From the NCBI GenBank assembly GCA_043228905.1, contig JBHGNT010000018.1:10788001-10852000 (forward strand): a stretch of DNA of 64,000 nucleotides, written 5' to 3'. The translations under genes were made by a program, and so were the position numbers. Positions 54,159 to 64,000 of this stretch are shown piece by piece; the stretch's first letter is position 1; each line of letters opens with the position of its first letter. The DNA comes from Azolla caroliniana (Eukaryota > Plantae > Polypodiophyta). The notes under the pieces were generated by a model, which had not been told where the DNA came from, ran no database searches, and worked only from the letters and a program-made list of their open reading frames with translations.

Positions 54159-57100
54159 TTACATAGCAATCAATTCATCAACGTCATTTTCTTCATCATC
54201 TTGTGTAGAACTGTCTTCGGCTATACGTGCATTGGTTTCCCCTGTTAGCCGGGCCAACGAAATATCTTCTATAAGCTCATCATCAAGCTCTATTAGCTCT
54301 CCCGGTTCGCCGGCTAACGGAGGAATAGGCTCTCGCGAAGCGGGTTGAAACCTTTCTGTATTGGCGAGGTTCTTTGCACCGACCTCCTCATCCTGGTCTG
54401 GACACTCCCACAAAGCCTTAATCCGCATATTAATAAATATAACTTGGTCCTCGTCCTTCTCCAATGCAACTGTATTCCTAAACAGCTTCAATGCACATGC
54501 TGACGTAGTTCCTATGATGTAAGTAACAAGAAGATTTAGTTGTCAAACGAAAAAAATTGATTGGTTATCTCAAGATCGTTACCCTAGTTCGAGGAATACC
54601 TGTGCCAGAAAAGAGATCTAATATCCAGTCTCCTTCGACAGAAAACATCTCGATCAAGCGCATCATAAGTCGTTGAGGTTTTTGGTATGGGTTGACAAGT
54701 CCCCGTTCTGTCGTGGTGACATGTCGCAATTTCCGAGTCACTGCTGGATATACCAACAGATTTGAACCTCCCACTTCATTAGAATGCTCTTTGATTCTCT
54801 GTTTTTTAATTTCATCGAAGTAGCCAACCGTTATGTATTCAATGGCATTAACGAACCGAAAAGTTGGCCCTCTATTTACATTGGTTGATCCTATAAAAAA
54901 TAATTCATCGAGTTAAGAATAGATTCAACAACCTTAAGAATTGCAATATAATGAAAGACACCTATAAATATCCTTACCATGCAAGGTTCTCGATGCCATG
55001 GCAACGAGATCTCAAAGCTTGAGCTACCGAGTACCCTTGGTCCATACTATGAAAGACAACTATTCGCCACAAGGATGCGGTCGTTAGCTCAGCGAAATCC
55101 TTCACCATCTTCTCCAATTGTTTAAACCTAAACGGTTCATCGTCGTATGATGACCCAGCCATTCGAAATCCGTAAGGAATATCCGCAATCATTAGCGTAT
55201 ATTCCTTCTTTGGCACCTTCTGGATCAAGTCGATGACATCACCGCAAACCACATTGTAATAAAGATCTCTCGTAATATCTTTTTTGTGGCTAAATTTTTT
55301 AAACGAGCCATCTTCCTCCATTTCGTACGCCTTGACTAAGCGACGATCCTTTTCTTTTCTGGCTCGCTCGAGATGTGCAAGGAAGGATGTAGGGAAATCG
55401 TGTATATCCTTAACTTCTCCTTGTTTCTTGCCTCGACACGGTTTCTAATAGAAGCAATAGGACATCAGGTATTATTATACAAGCTCTACATATGATGAGA
55501 GGGTAATGAAATAACATCAATACTAACCCAATCCTTGAATGCAATAAAATACTCTGATAACGCCTTATACGAAGACGTTAGAGGATAATCCTCGGTCACT
55601 TGTTCCCAAGTTATACATCCAAGTTGTTTCATCATTACTTCTTGGATCTTCATGTACACCTTATGACTGTAAAATTAGAAATCAAGATTAGAACTTTAAA
55701 TTACACCAGATAGACTACAATTTCAGTATTTGAAAGACTTACTTATTGAACTCGGTGACCATTTCTTCAAGGCTTAAATCTTTCGCCACAACCCTTGACA
55801 AAACGGACACAAGAAGCTGCTCGTCCTTAATACCTTGCATCGCTCTCCATAGAGACAGCTTCATGTCGTCTGCCGCTTCTTCAATTGTCAAGTCAATTTT
55901 CTTGGCGGCTTGTGACTTTAATTCTAGTTGAGGGTCAACCCTACATTTCTTTTGTCGCTGACCCTTCACCTCCTTATTCTCCGACATTGAGAAGATTTGA
56001 TCTTGGAGGTCCCATACTTCTCCATCTCTAAACGCCAATTGAAACCAAGATTCATACTTTCGAAGACCATCGGACCTAACATTATCATCTACTACAATGC
56101 CGACTTCATGCAGACATTGACGTCGAAGGCCTGGATGTAACTTCACACCAAACTTTTGTTTCACATCTAAATACTCGTGGTGGAAGAACCGTATACGCTC
56201 AATAGACGACATTTTCTGCCTATAGTCATTATCATTATTATGGTCCCATGCCAACAGCTTAGCCTCTTCGGTTGTGAGCCCAACATAAATTTTGCACTCG
56301 GCATACTTGAAGAAGAAAGTGGTTGGATGTTCTCTCACAAGTTGCCGACGTGCCTCTGCTGAATGCGATCCACCAATGACAAAATAATTATATTGATCAT
56401 GCTTTCTGATATCAAAATCTTCAATGGTTTCACATTCTTCAGGATCCACCATAACAATAAAAGGCACCACTGTGGCATGAGGATTAATTTTCATTTTTTT
56501 CTTGAGATTTTGAACATGCATGCGATGAGGCTCTCTAATCTCAAGTGGTCTTCGACCTGTTTTTTCATCAATAGGGGGCCGATGGATGTGTGTTATAGGC
56601 AAATTAAATACTTGCCCTTTCCTGACCAGCTTTCGTTGCATTAACTCTCTCCTTATTTTATTCTGCTCGGATGACAAGACACCCGAGGCCAGCTCGGCCC
56701 CTGGCGTCCCCTTATTATCCTCTTCTTCATTTTCACTTGTCGAATCCGTATCCGACATTTTCGTTGTCTTCTTCTTGGCTGGTCTTGACTGGACTTTGGA
56801 TACCTTTTTTGTGGCCTTCAAGTGGGAGGGCTCTTCATCTCTTAGAGTTACATGGCCTTGTATATAAGGCCTCAAGGTAACAATCAGGTTTTGTGAGTTA
56901 TCAAGTGCTTTTTTGAACACTTCAGGCCCACAAGATTCCTTTACTAAAAGGTCTTCTGAAAGGAACACTTTGCGTACCCCCTTGGAGCACTCTATCATTA
57001 CCAGTATGTTGGCCGAATCTGCATCTTCGTAGTCAAATCGTAGAATTCGGCCATACATAAATGGAGTTTCTTTTCCTAGCTGCCCCTCACCCTTCTTCTT

Positions 57101-58531
57101 TGCTGTATACAATACGACTTTTTTCTTTGAGTCGACATATTGCATACACCATTCCTTGTCCGTTAGATCTCGGTCAGGAAGGTCTTCGCCTCCAGTAGCG
57201 GCGACAAGTTTCTTTTGGCTTACATCACTATGTGGCTGAGATTTTGTCTCTTCGTTAAAGAGAAGCTTCTTTCCTCTCTTCATGGTCTCCGGAGTTACCT
57301 AGGGCTGGGCTTCGATTGGAGAACCTTGTATGCGAAGCTTAATTTTCTTCACGGGTCGGTCTGACAGGTTCTCAAACGACCTATTTAAGAAAGTATATGC
57401 AAAAACATAAGTTAGACAGTCACGTAGATTGAAGTTGTTATTATAATGAAGAACAGTTTCCAGGAGCAGTAACATATTCAAAAATCTATTATAGGCAGGG
57501 CTATTCAACCTAGAAAATATATATCGTAATAAGTAAAACGGGTTATATATTCGTTTAAATAGTAGGTATGACTTATATAGATTCTAAACCTATATTGAGG
57601 AGAATTTGGCATAGTGAAGGCAATTTGTAGATCATTTTCTACTATTTTAAGCTAAACTAGGTCATAAAACACCTATAATTAGAGCATGTATTTGTTTAAA
57701 AGTAAGTAAAGTCAACCTAAAAAAGACTGATTTTGCCAGACAATTTGATATCATTTCCACCCCGTAAACGATTTTTCTCTCTCAAAGGCTACACTTTAAA
57801 CACGAACTCGATACGGCGTATCGAGTTCGTGTTTAAAGTGTAGGTTTTAAACACGAACTCGATACGCCGTATCGAGTTCGTGTTTAAAGTTTGAATTTTA
57901 AACACGAACTCGATACGCCGTATCGAGTTCGTGTATAAAGTGTAGGTTTTAAACACGAACTCGATACAGCGCCGTATCGAGTTCGTGTTTAAAACCTACA
58001 CTTTATACACGAACTCGATACGCCGTATCGAGTTCGTGTTTAAAATTCAAACTTTAAACACGAACTCGATACGGCGTATCGAGTTCGTGTTTAAAACCTA
58101 CTCTTTAAACAGGAACTCGATACGGCGTATCGAGTTCGTGTTTAAAGTTTGAATTTTAAACACGAATTCGATACGCCGTATCGAGGTTTGTGTTTGAAGT
58201 ATAGGTTTTAAACACGAACTCGATACGCCGTATCGAGTTCGTGTTTTAAAACCTACACTTTAAACAAGAACTCGATACGGCGTATCGAGTTCGTGTTTAA
58301 AGTATAGGTTTTAAACATGAACTCGATACGCCGTATCGAGTTCGTGTTTAAAACCTACACTTTAAACATGAACTCGATACGGCGTATCGAGTTCATGTAT
58401 ACAATACAAATATTTATACACGAACTCGATACGCCGTATCGAGTTCTTGAGAAACGAAACATATTTACAAAAATGTCCACAGTGTCAGAGGCCTACCTGG
58501 ACTCCTCGCGCTCGATTCTCTTGGAAGACAT
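54159..58531 (-). CDS. Spliced ParB/Srx-like domain + beta-class N6A/N4C DNA methyltransferase fusion (~970 aa; two apparent lesions in this copy)
   Basis: Exons 58531-58497, 57380-55743, 55666-55528, 55444-54978, 54890-54600, 54511-54159 with GT-AG introns. ParB-like VPFIVMV..YFVIGGSHSAEARRQL..EEAKLLAWDHN; MTase GDVIDLI..MIADIPYG, NPYQKPQRLMMRLI, ILDLFSGTG|TTSACA..ALEKD. In-frame TAG at 57299-57301 and a phase mismatch at the 54978/54890 junction. Confidence 0.85.
57795..58447. repeat. Array of 13 palindromes AAACACGAACTCGATACG(G/C)CGTATCGAGTTCGTGTTT, ~51-bp period
   Basis: Counted directly; short spacers GTGTAGGT / GTTTGAAT occur in both orientations; lies within intron 1 of the ParB-MTase gene. 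Confidence 0.95.
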
Positions 58532-58639
58532 GGTTGATCGTGTTGAAGTGGAGGCGGAGATCGCGCTTTCGTGCTTTGTGCTCTGAGTGCTCTGTGTGCT
58601 CTGTGTGCTCTCTGCGTTCTGTGTGCTCTGTACGCTCTG

Positions 58640-59090
58640 TACGCTCTGGTGAGTGAAATATGATGAGGTCTTCCTATTTATAGGGATTGAACCCATGGTT
58701 AAAGTAACCATAGTCACCTTAACCAATGTTGGTAACTTTGAGGATAGTTAGTTTGTAACCATAGTCACATTAACTATAGTAACTTATGATTGTATTAATG
58801 ATTACAAAGTCAAACTAACATATTGATCAATGTTTTATACTCATAACAACCTACAATCACTTCAAAGGTTATGAAGGAGACAATGATAGAGGTTCATGAA
58901 TGTACCAATGATTGATTACTAAAAGCAACAATTTTTATGACTCTCAAATGTTATGTATTAAAGATGTGGGCATGAATTAACCAATGATTGATAAGTCTAA
59001 TATTTAAAATGGTGAGCATTAAAGAACCAATGAGTGAGACGTTCTATATCAAAATGGGTGTCATTAATTAGCCAATGATTTTAACATTAA
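58640..59090. promoter_or_regulatory. Putative bidirectional promoter of the transposon
   Basis: Minus-strand TATAAATA at 58682-58675 with TCACTCA Inr-like motif ~25 nt downstream; repeated CCAATG boxes near 58723, 58905, 58981, 59026, 59072. Confidence 0.55.
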
Positions 59091-59353
59091 TCCAACATAT
59101 TCAAGGCTTGTTAATGATTAGTTTTATATTTTACTTGATATAACATCATTTAGATCTAGTTTATATAATGATTGATAATTTAAGTTAAATTACTTTATTA
59201 AAAATAATTTTTAGATGTATTGTATTAATAGAATATTACATAATATAGACATTCTATTGATTTGGCTTTTGTTTAGAGAGAAGTTTATGTTTAGGGAGGA
59301 GTATATGGTTAGAGAGGAGTATAACTTAGAGAGCCCTATCTAGACCTTAAGCC

Positions 59354-62101
59354 ATGAGTGAAGATTCACCGTTCTCGATTGAAGAATATTGTTTGTCATC
59401 AGACCCATCGTTTTCTACTGAAGAGTATTGTATGTCAACAGAGTCACCATATTCGATTGAAGAATATTGTCTTTCGACCGACTCACCATATTCTATCGAA
59501 GAATATTGTCTGAGCTCATCTACAGGGAATGTAAATATTGACACATGTGAAGAGTTCTCTATTGAAGAATACGATATTAATAAAGATACCGAGAATGAAG
59601 GAAGTGCCCAGGAAACATTGAATAACATTGGCGATGGTCAGAACAGAGAATTAGACTGTAACAAGGTTACACCAACCTCTATGCAGGAAGAGAAATCTGG
59701 GAGCCCTATGCATATTAGAAGAATCCCACGAAGAATTCGTCTGGCTAGATTTAGCTTGGTGACATCAGATAAACAGATTGGATTTGATGTCAACAAAATA
59801 TGTTGTGCCCGTGGTTGTATGTCTATGATTGGAAAATCAAAGTTGCGAGAATTAAGGCGATACTATTTTTCGATGACCGGTGATGAGCAAGACACTTACC
59901 TCGGATCACATATGCAACTAGTATCTGACAAATGTACGGGGATCAAAGTATCATTCGAGTATTATATCTTCCATGCGCAACAGATATGTAGAGTTGCATT
60001 CAAAATTGTGTTATGTGTTAGTAACATGCGGCTACATAGAGTACAACAACGTCTACTTAGCGGGGATCAGATGCTCAATTGTAAAGAGGTTCCAAGTATG
60101 AAAGGTGCAATTGGAAGACTAGCTATTGGCTGGATGAAAACTTACTTTCAGTTAAATTGTGAAGTAATGCCCACTACAGGTAGGATGCATCTTTCTGATA
60201 ATTATACCCGTCGGGAAGTTTATGATGTCTATCGATCTGAAATGTTGGGCTCACGTAATAAGTCTATCAGCTATAGCCAATTCACAAGATTATGGAGAGC
60301 TCGGTTTTCAAATGTTATTATTCCTCGTAAAGTACGTATGGGTTATTGCTCCATTTGTGCAAATCTTAAAAGTTTGGCTAAAGGTGCAAAGACATCAATG
60401 GAAAAGGATACGAGTAAGAAGTTACTACAAGAGCATCGTGAGGCACAATCCTTAGAACGAAGGAAGGCGATGCATCATAGAGAGAAGTGTTTGAAGAGGC
60501 CTGAACAATACATGTGCTTAATGATAGATGGCATGGACCAGAAGAAGACATGCTTGCCGCATATGCGGAGGCTCCCCAAAGATGTCAATGATGAGTGCCT
60601 TGTTCAAATGCACTTGGTGGGATGCTTGGCTTATAATAGGTCTGTTCGACCTCACGTCTTCATTACTTACCCCAATGTTCACAATGACCCTAACCTAACA
60701 GTTACAGTGATTCACCGAGTTTTGATGTCTTGGGGACAACCTTTCCCCCCTGTTCTATACATTCAATTGGACAATACTGCTAGAGAGAACAAAAATTCAA
60801 CTGTATTTGGCTATCTAAGTATGTTGGTCAACCTAGAATTGTTTAGGAAAGTGAAAGTCAATTTCCTTTTGGTTGGCCACACACATGACCATATAGATCA
60901 GATGTTTAGCACATTCTCTAGACAGTTGTCTCGGCATGATGCTTTCACTTTACCTAAACTATTTGATGTCATTTGTGATGCATATACACGACGCCCAAAA
61001 GTGTTACACTTGAAGGAGGTATATGACTTTAAGAGATATATATTAGATGGGGGTGGTGGGAATGTTAAAGTGCTTGCTCAGTTAAACAATATAAGTTTCA
61101 ATCACATTTTTTTGATAAAGAAAAATGGAATAAGTGGTTCTACACTTTTGTATGCTAAACAATATTCATCTTCTACAACATGGGAACCTGAAGGTGGTTG
61201 CCAGTTATTACTTTGTATGCCGAGTACAATTGTCCATGGAGCTAAGCAAATGCCAATTGAGAAGAAAGGACAGTTGCAGAGCGACTTGGTATTAGAACAA
61301 AAACGGTCATGGCTCCAAGCCTTAGAAGAAAAAAGAAAACATATTGAGGCCGCCAAGAAATATGCCGCACAACAAGACACGTCATGGTGGGATGTATTTT
61401 ATAGTGATCAGAAAGAAATTATAGACAATTGTGTATCTGTTGATAATTGGAATTTGGAAACGCCATTCACATGGTCGCTGCAACATGATCGCGTAAATAG
61501 AAGTCCGGAGCGACTAGTAAATGCGATTAATGACAGCTTGGTCCATCCACAACAAAGAGACATTTATGTGGGACCAAGGATGACCAAAGCAGCCGAAGCT
61601 AGATGGCAAGGAAATTTGCAAGAGCTCACCGCGGGGATGTTGATTGCAACGCCGGCTGATGAGAACTCACATGGCCACCAATTTTGGGTTGGTAAAATTC
61701 TAGAAGTGCTAATGCATGAAATAGATAACACGATCAAGTCTATAAATGTTCATTGGTACAACACTAGAAGTGCAAATGCTTTTACAGGTAAGTATACATT
61801 GGAGATGATTGAATGCCAAACAAGAAGGGGAGGTAGGAAGAGGAAGCGAAACATTCGTAACACCTCGACCCTTGATATCTCTGATGTGGATATCATCGTG
61901 TACGACTTCACACTTACAAAAGCCGGACGATTAAGGAAGTCAACAATAGATATAATAAAAGAAAAATTACCAGGTCTACAAGGTGGCTCGAGTCAAAGGC
62001 AAACGAGATCTGCTACATATAATCTAGAGTCAAACCATTTGGTTTATGACGAAGATAATATGCTCGATGTAGTGGCAGCCAAGAATTTGGAGTTGATTTA
62101 G
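59354..62101 (+). CDS. Sola-like (DUF7869-type) DDD transposase; last 13 aa are borrowed from the host copia
   Basis: Uninterrupted 915-aa ORF: GYCSIC, IDGMDQKK, YIQLDNTARENKN, FLLVGHTHDHIDQMFS; N-terminal 13-aa repeats. Confidence 0.8.
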   Translation: MSEDSPFSIEEYCLSSDPSFSTEEYCMSTESPYSIEEYCLSTDSPYSIEEYCLSSSTGNVNIDTCEEFSIEEYDINKDTENEGSAQETLNNIGDGQNRELDCNKVTPTSMQEEKSGSPMHIRRIPRRIRLARFSLVTSDKQIGFDVNKICCARGCMSMIGKSKLRELRRYYFSMTGDEQDTYLGSHMQLVSDKCTGIKVSFEYYIFHAQQICRVAFKIVLCVSNMRLHRVQQRLLSGDQMLNCKEVPSMKGAIGRLAIGWMKTYFQLNCEVMPTTGRMHLSDNYTRREVYDVYRSEMLGSRNKSISYSQFTRLWRARFSNVIIPRKVRMGYCSICANLKSLAKGAKTSMEKDTSKKLLQEHREAQSLERRKAMHHREKCLKRPEQYMCLMIDGMDQKKTCLPHMRRLPKDVNDECLVQMHLVGCLAYNRSVRPHVFITYPNVHNDPNLTVTVIHRVLMSWGQPFPPVLYIQLDNTARENKNSTVFGYLSMLVNLELFRKVKVNFLLVGHTHDHIDQMFSTFSRQLSRHDAFTLPKLFDVICDAYTRRPKVLHLKEVYDFKRYILDGGGGNVKVLAQLNNISFNHIFLIKKNGISGSTLLYAKQYSSSTTWEPEGGCQLLLCMPSTIVHGAKQMPIEKKGQLQSDLVLEQKRSWLQALEEKRKHIEAAKKYAAQQDTSWWDVFYSDQKEIIDNCVSVDNWNLETPFTWSLQHDRVNRSPERLVNAINDSLVHPQQRDIYVGPRMTKAAEARWQGNLQELTAGMLIATPADENSHGHQFWVGKILEVLMHEIDNTIKSINVHWYNTRSANAFTGKYTLEMIECQTRRGGRKRKRNIRNTSTLDISDVDIIVYDFTLTKAGRLRKSTIDIIKEKLPGLQGGSSQRQTRSATYNLESNHLVYDEDNMLDVVAAKNLELI

Positions 62102-64000
62102 CTAGATGTCAAAATGGCTTTCCTCCACGGTGATCTTGAGGAGGAAATATATATGGAGCAGTCGAAAGGCTTTGTGGCATCCGGGCAAGAACATCTAGTC
62201 TGCCGACTCAAGAAGAGTCTTTACGGCCTGAACAGGCGCCAGGACATTGGTACAAGAAGTTCGACAACTTCATCCAATCGATTAGCTTCTCAAAGAGCGA
62301 TGAGGACCACTGCCTCTTCACGAAAATAGCTCAAGATGGATCACCCATCTTCCTCATCATCTACGTAGACGACATGCTAATCTCTGGACGCCATGTTGGC
62401 GAACTAGCCGAACTCGTTCGGCAACTGCGGTTGAAGTTTGCCATTAAGTATCTCGGTCCGGCACGACGCATCCTTGGTATGAAGATAAGTCGGAATCGTA
62501 ATCATTGACAATTGTTTCTGTCCTAGTCCGACTACATTGGACATGTCCTCGAACGCTTCAATATGCAATCGGCGAAATCTGCCTCTACCCCGCTCCCTAT
62601 TCATACTCCGTTTTCTCAACGAGACTGCTTGACATCCGGTCTGGAGGGGGAAATTATGAAGTCAGTACCGTATGTACCGGCAGTTGGCTCCCTAATGTAC
62701 GTGATGGTCGCGACACGGCCTGCTATCGCTCACACTATTGGAGTCATCAGCAGACTTATGCATAATCCCAACCGATCGCACTAGAACGCAGTCAAGCATG
62801 TGTTTAGATATCTTGTGAGCACAAAAGATCTTGGTATTCTATTCGGCCCGATGTCGTAGTCAGATACACCGACTCGGACTTTGCAGGTTGCATAGACAGC
62901 CGTAAATCGACAACCAAATATTGTTTTAAACTCAGCAATGGAGTGATCTCATGGAAATCAAAACTTCAGGAGTGCACCGCCACATCAACGACTGAGACTG
63001 AATATGTAGTCGCATCCGATGTGGCGAAAGAGGCCTTATGGCTCGATCGGCTGGCCTACACATTTCAACAAGTTGAAATCGGCCCGACTCCAATTGTTTA
63101 CGGTGATAGCCAGAGTGTTGTTGCTCTGTCAAAAAATTCGGCCCATCACAACGCCTCCAAGAATATCGATGTTCGATATCATTTCGTTCAGGACTATGTC
63201 ATTTCAGGGAAAATCGGCCATGAGAAGGTAACTACAGCCGATAACGTTGCAGATGCAATGACCAAGTGTCTCCCAACGGATTGATTTCGATCCCTTCGGC
63301 ATCGAATGGGCATAATGAAGAATCAGTCCGATTAAATTGGACACTCAGGACGTTTCTTGAACAATAGACCTGGATAGTTTGAACTTCGGCTTCAGTCTCT
63401 CCGAACTCGGCGAATCCGGCCTTCTGCTCTTCAAAGTTCACCGACTCAAACGAATTCGCGATTGTTCGTAAACCTTCTATCAATCTGTATTGTACATTCA
63501 TTTCGGATTATAGATTTTGGATGTATATACCCATTACGGGGGAGTGTTGAATACGGGTTTCTAATGGACGTATTCACACTGTCTCCTTTTGAACACACTA
63601 CAATTAGGCTACTTATGTAAATAATGAGAAGGGTTGTTAGTCAGTATATAAACTCACTTTGTAAGCTAGTTACCGTTGTTGCTTTAAGTTGTAATATACT
63701 CTTTACATTGTGCCTACTGTCTCTCTCTTTGGCGTACTAGTTGTATTGTTTGTCTTTGTTGTTATAGATGTTATGATCTTGTATCTACTGACGATCTTAT
63801 AGGAGCTTATAGAAGATAAGTGTCGATCTTGTTCCGTATTAGAAGATGGCAATCCCAACACCGACTGTAGGGGTCGAGGAGAGCGGAATTGGAGGGGTCA
63901 AGGAGTGTTGGAGCAGAGGCGTCGTGAGACAAGGGACCGGACCGCATGAGGAGCACGAGCTAGTGTGAGGATGCCAGGAGGTGGTGGAAGCAAAGACCGC

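Larger units (their letters stand above)
53111..62060 (+). mobile_element. TIR DNA transposon with Sola-like transposase and ParB-MTase cargo; right end deleted
   Basis: Clean insertion into copia RT; left TIR TAACACGTTCGCGTTCACAAGTGGAAGGATTGCGCAT confirmed by the right TIR of the copy at 40429-40465; two divergent genes. Confidence 0.88.
46075..63860 (+). mobile_element. Degenerate Ty1/copia hosting two nested insertions
   Basis: LTRs 46075-46381 and 63545-63860, TSD CCGAC, PBS TGGTATCAGAGC; gag/PR/IN 50410-52510; RT split at 53110/62060 (KMTTLHF|MLDVVAA); RH to ~63300. Confidence 0.93.

Noticed and set aside
54159-57283. Bacterial or phage contamination as the source of the ParB-MTase
   Set aside because: Frame-preserving GT-AG introns, a TATA promoter, and nesting inside a plant copia with matching TSDs
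57795-58447. CRISPR array
   Set aside because: Spacers are only ~8-11 bp, recur and invert rather than being unique; no cas genes; eukaryotic intron context
58317-58586. ORF with MNSIRRIEF repeats
   Set aside because: Translation of the palindrome array
62060-62101. MLDVVAAKNLELI as the native transposase C-terminus, and TAT as a 3-bp TSD
   Set aside because: The peptide is host copia RT sequence; the copy at 39971-40465 shows the real end was deleted here, so the TSD cannot be read

Overview
Eukaryotic, land-plant-like heterochromatic DNA. A fern or bryophyte source is an inference from the copia/gypsy families, the PLS-PPR and NOP16 fragments, and the C->T decay. The window is almost entirely nested transposons, with no intact host gene. 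Resolved LTR elements with 5-bp target-site duplications (TSDs): three Ty1/copia (3645-7534, 17968-24201, 46075-63860), one near-intact chromovirus gypsy (24456-29684) and a rearranged chromovirus (32911-36140), plus many fragments. The standout is a young ~9-kb terminal-inverted-repeat (TIR) DNA transposon (53111-~62060) nested in a decayed copia. It encodes a Sola-like DDD transposase and, divergently, a spliced gene fusing a ParB/Srx-like domain to a bacterial-type beta-class amino (N6-adenine/N4-cytosine) DNA methyltransferase. Intron 1 of that gene holds 13 tandem CpG-rich palindromes resembling parS sites. A second, deleted copy (38653-40465) supplies the missing right end. Also notable: an 829-bp foldback LTR-derived insertion, tRNA-spaced Pol III A/B boxes at the U3 edge of several gypsy LTR families, and heat-shock-element clusters in LTRs. 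All calls were made by eye; no database search was run.
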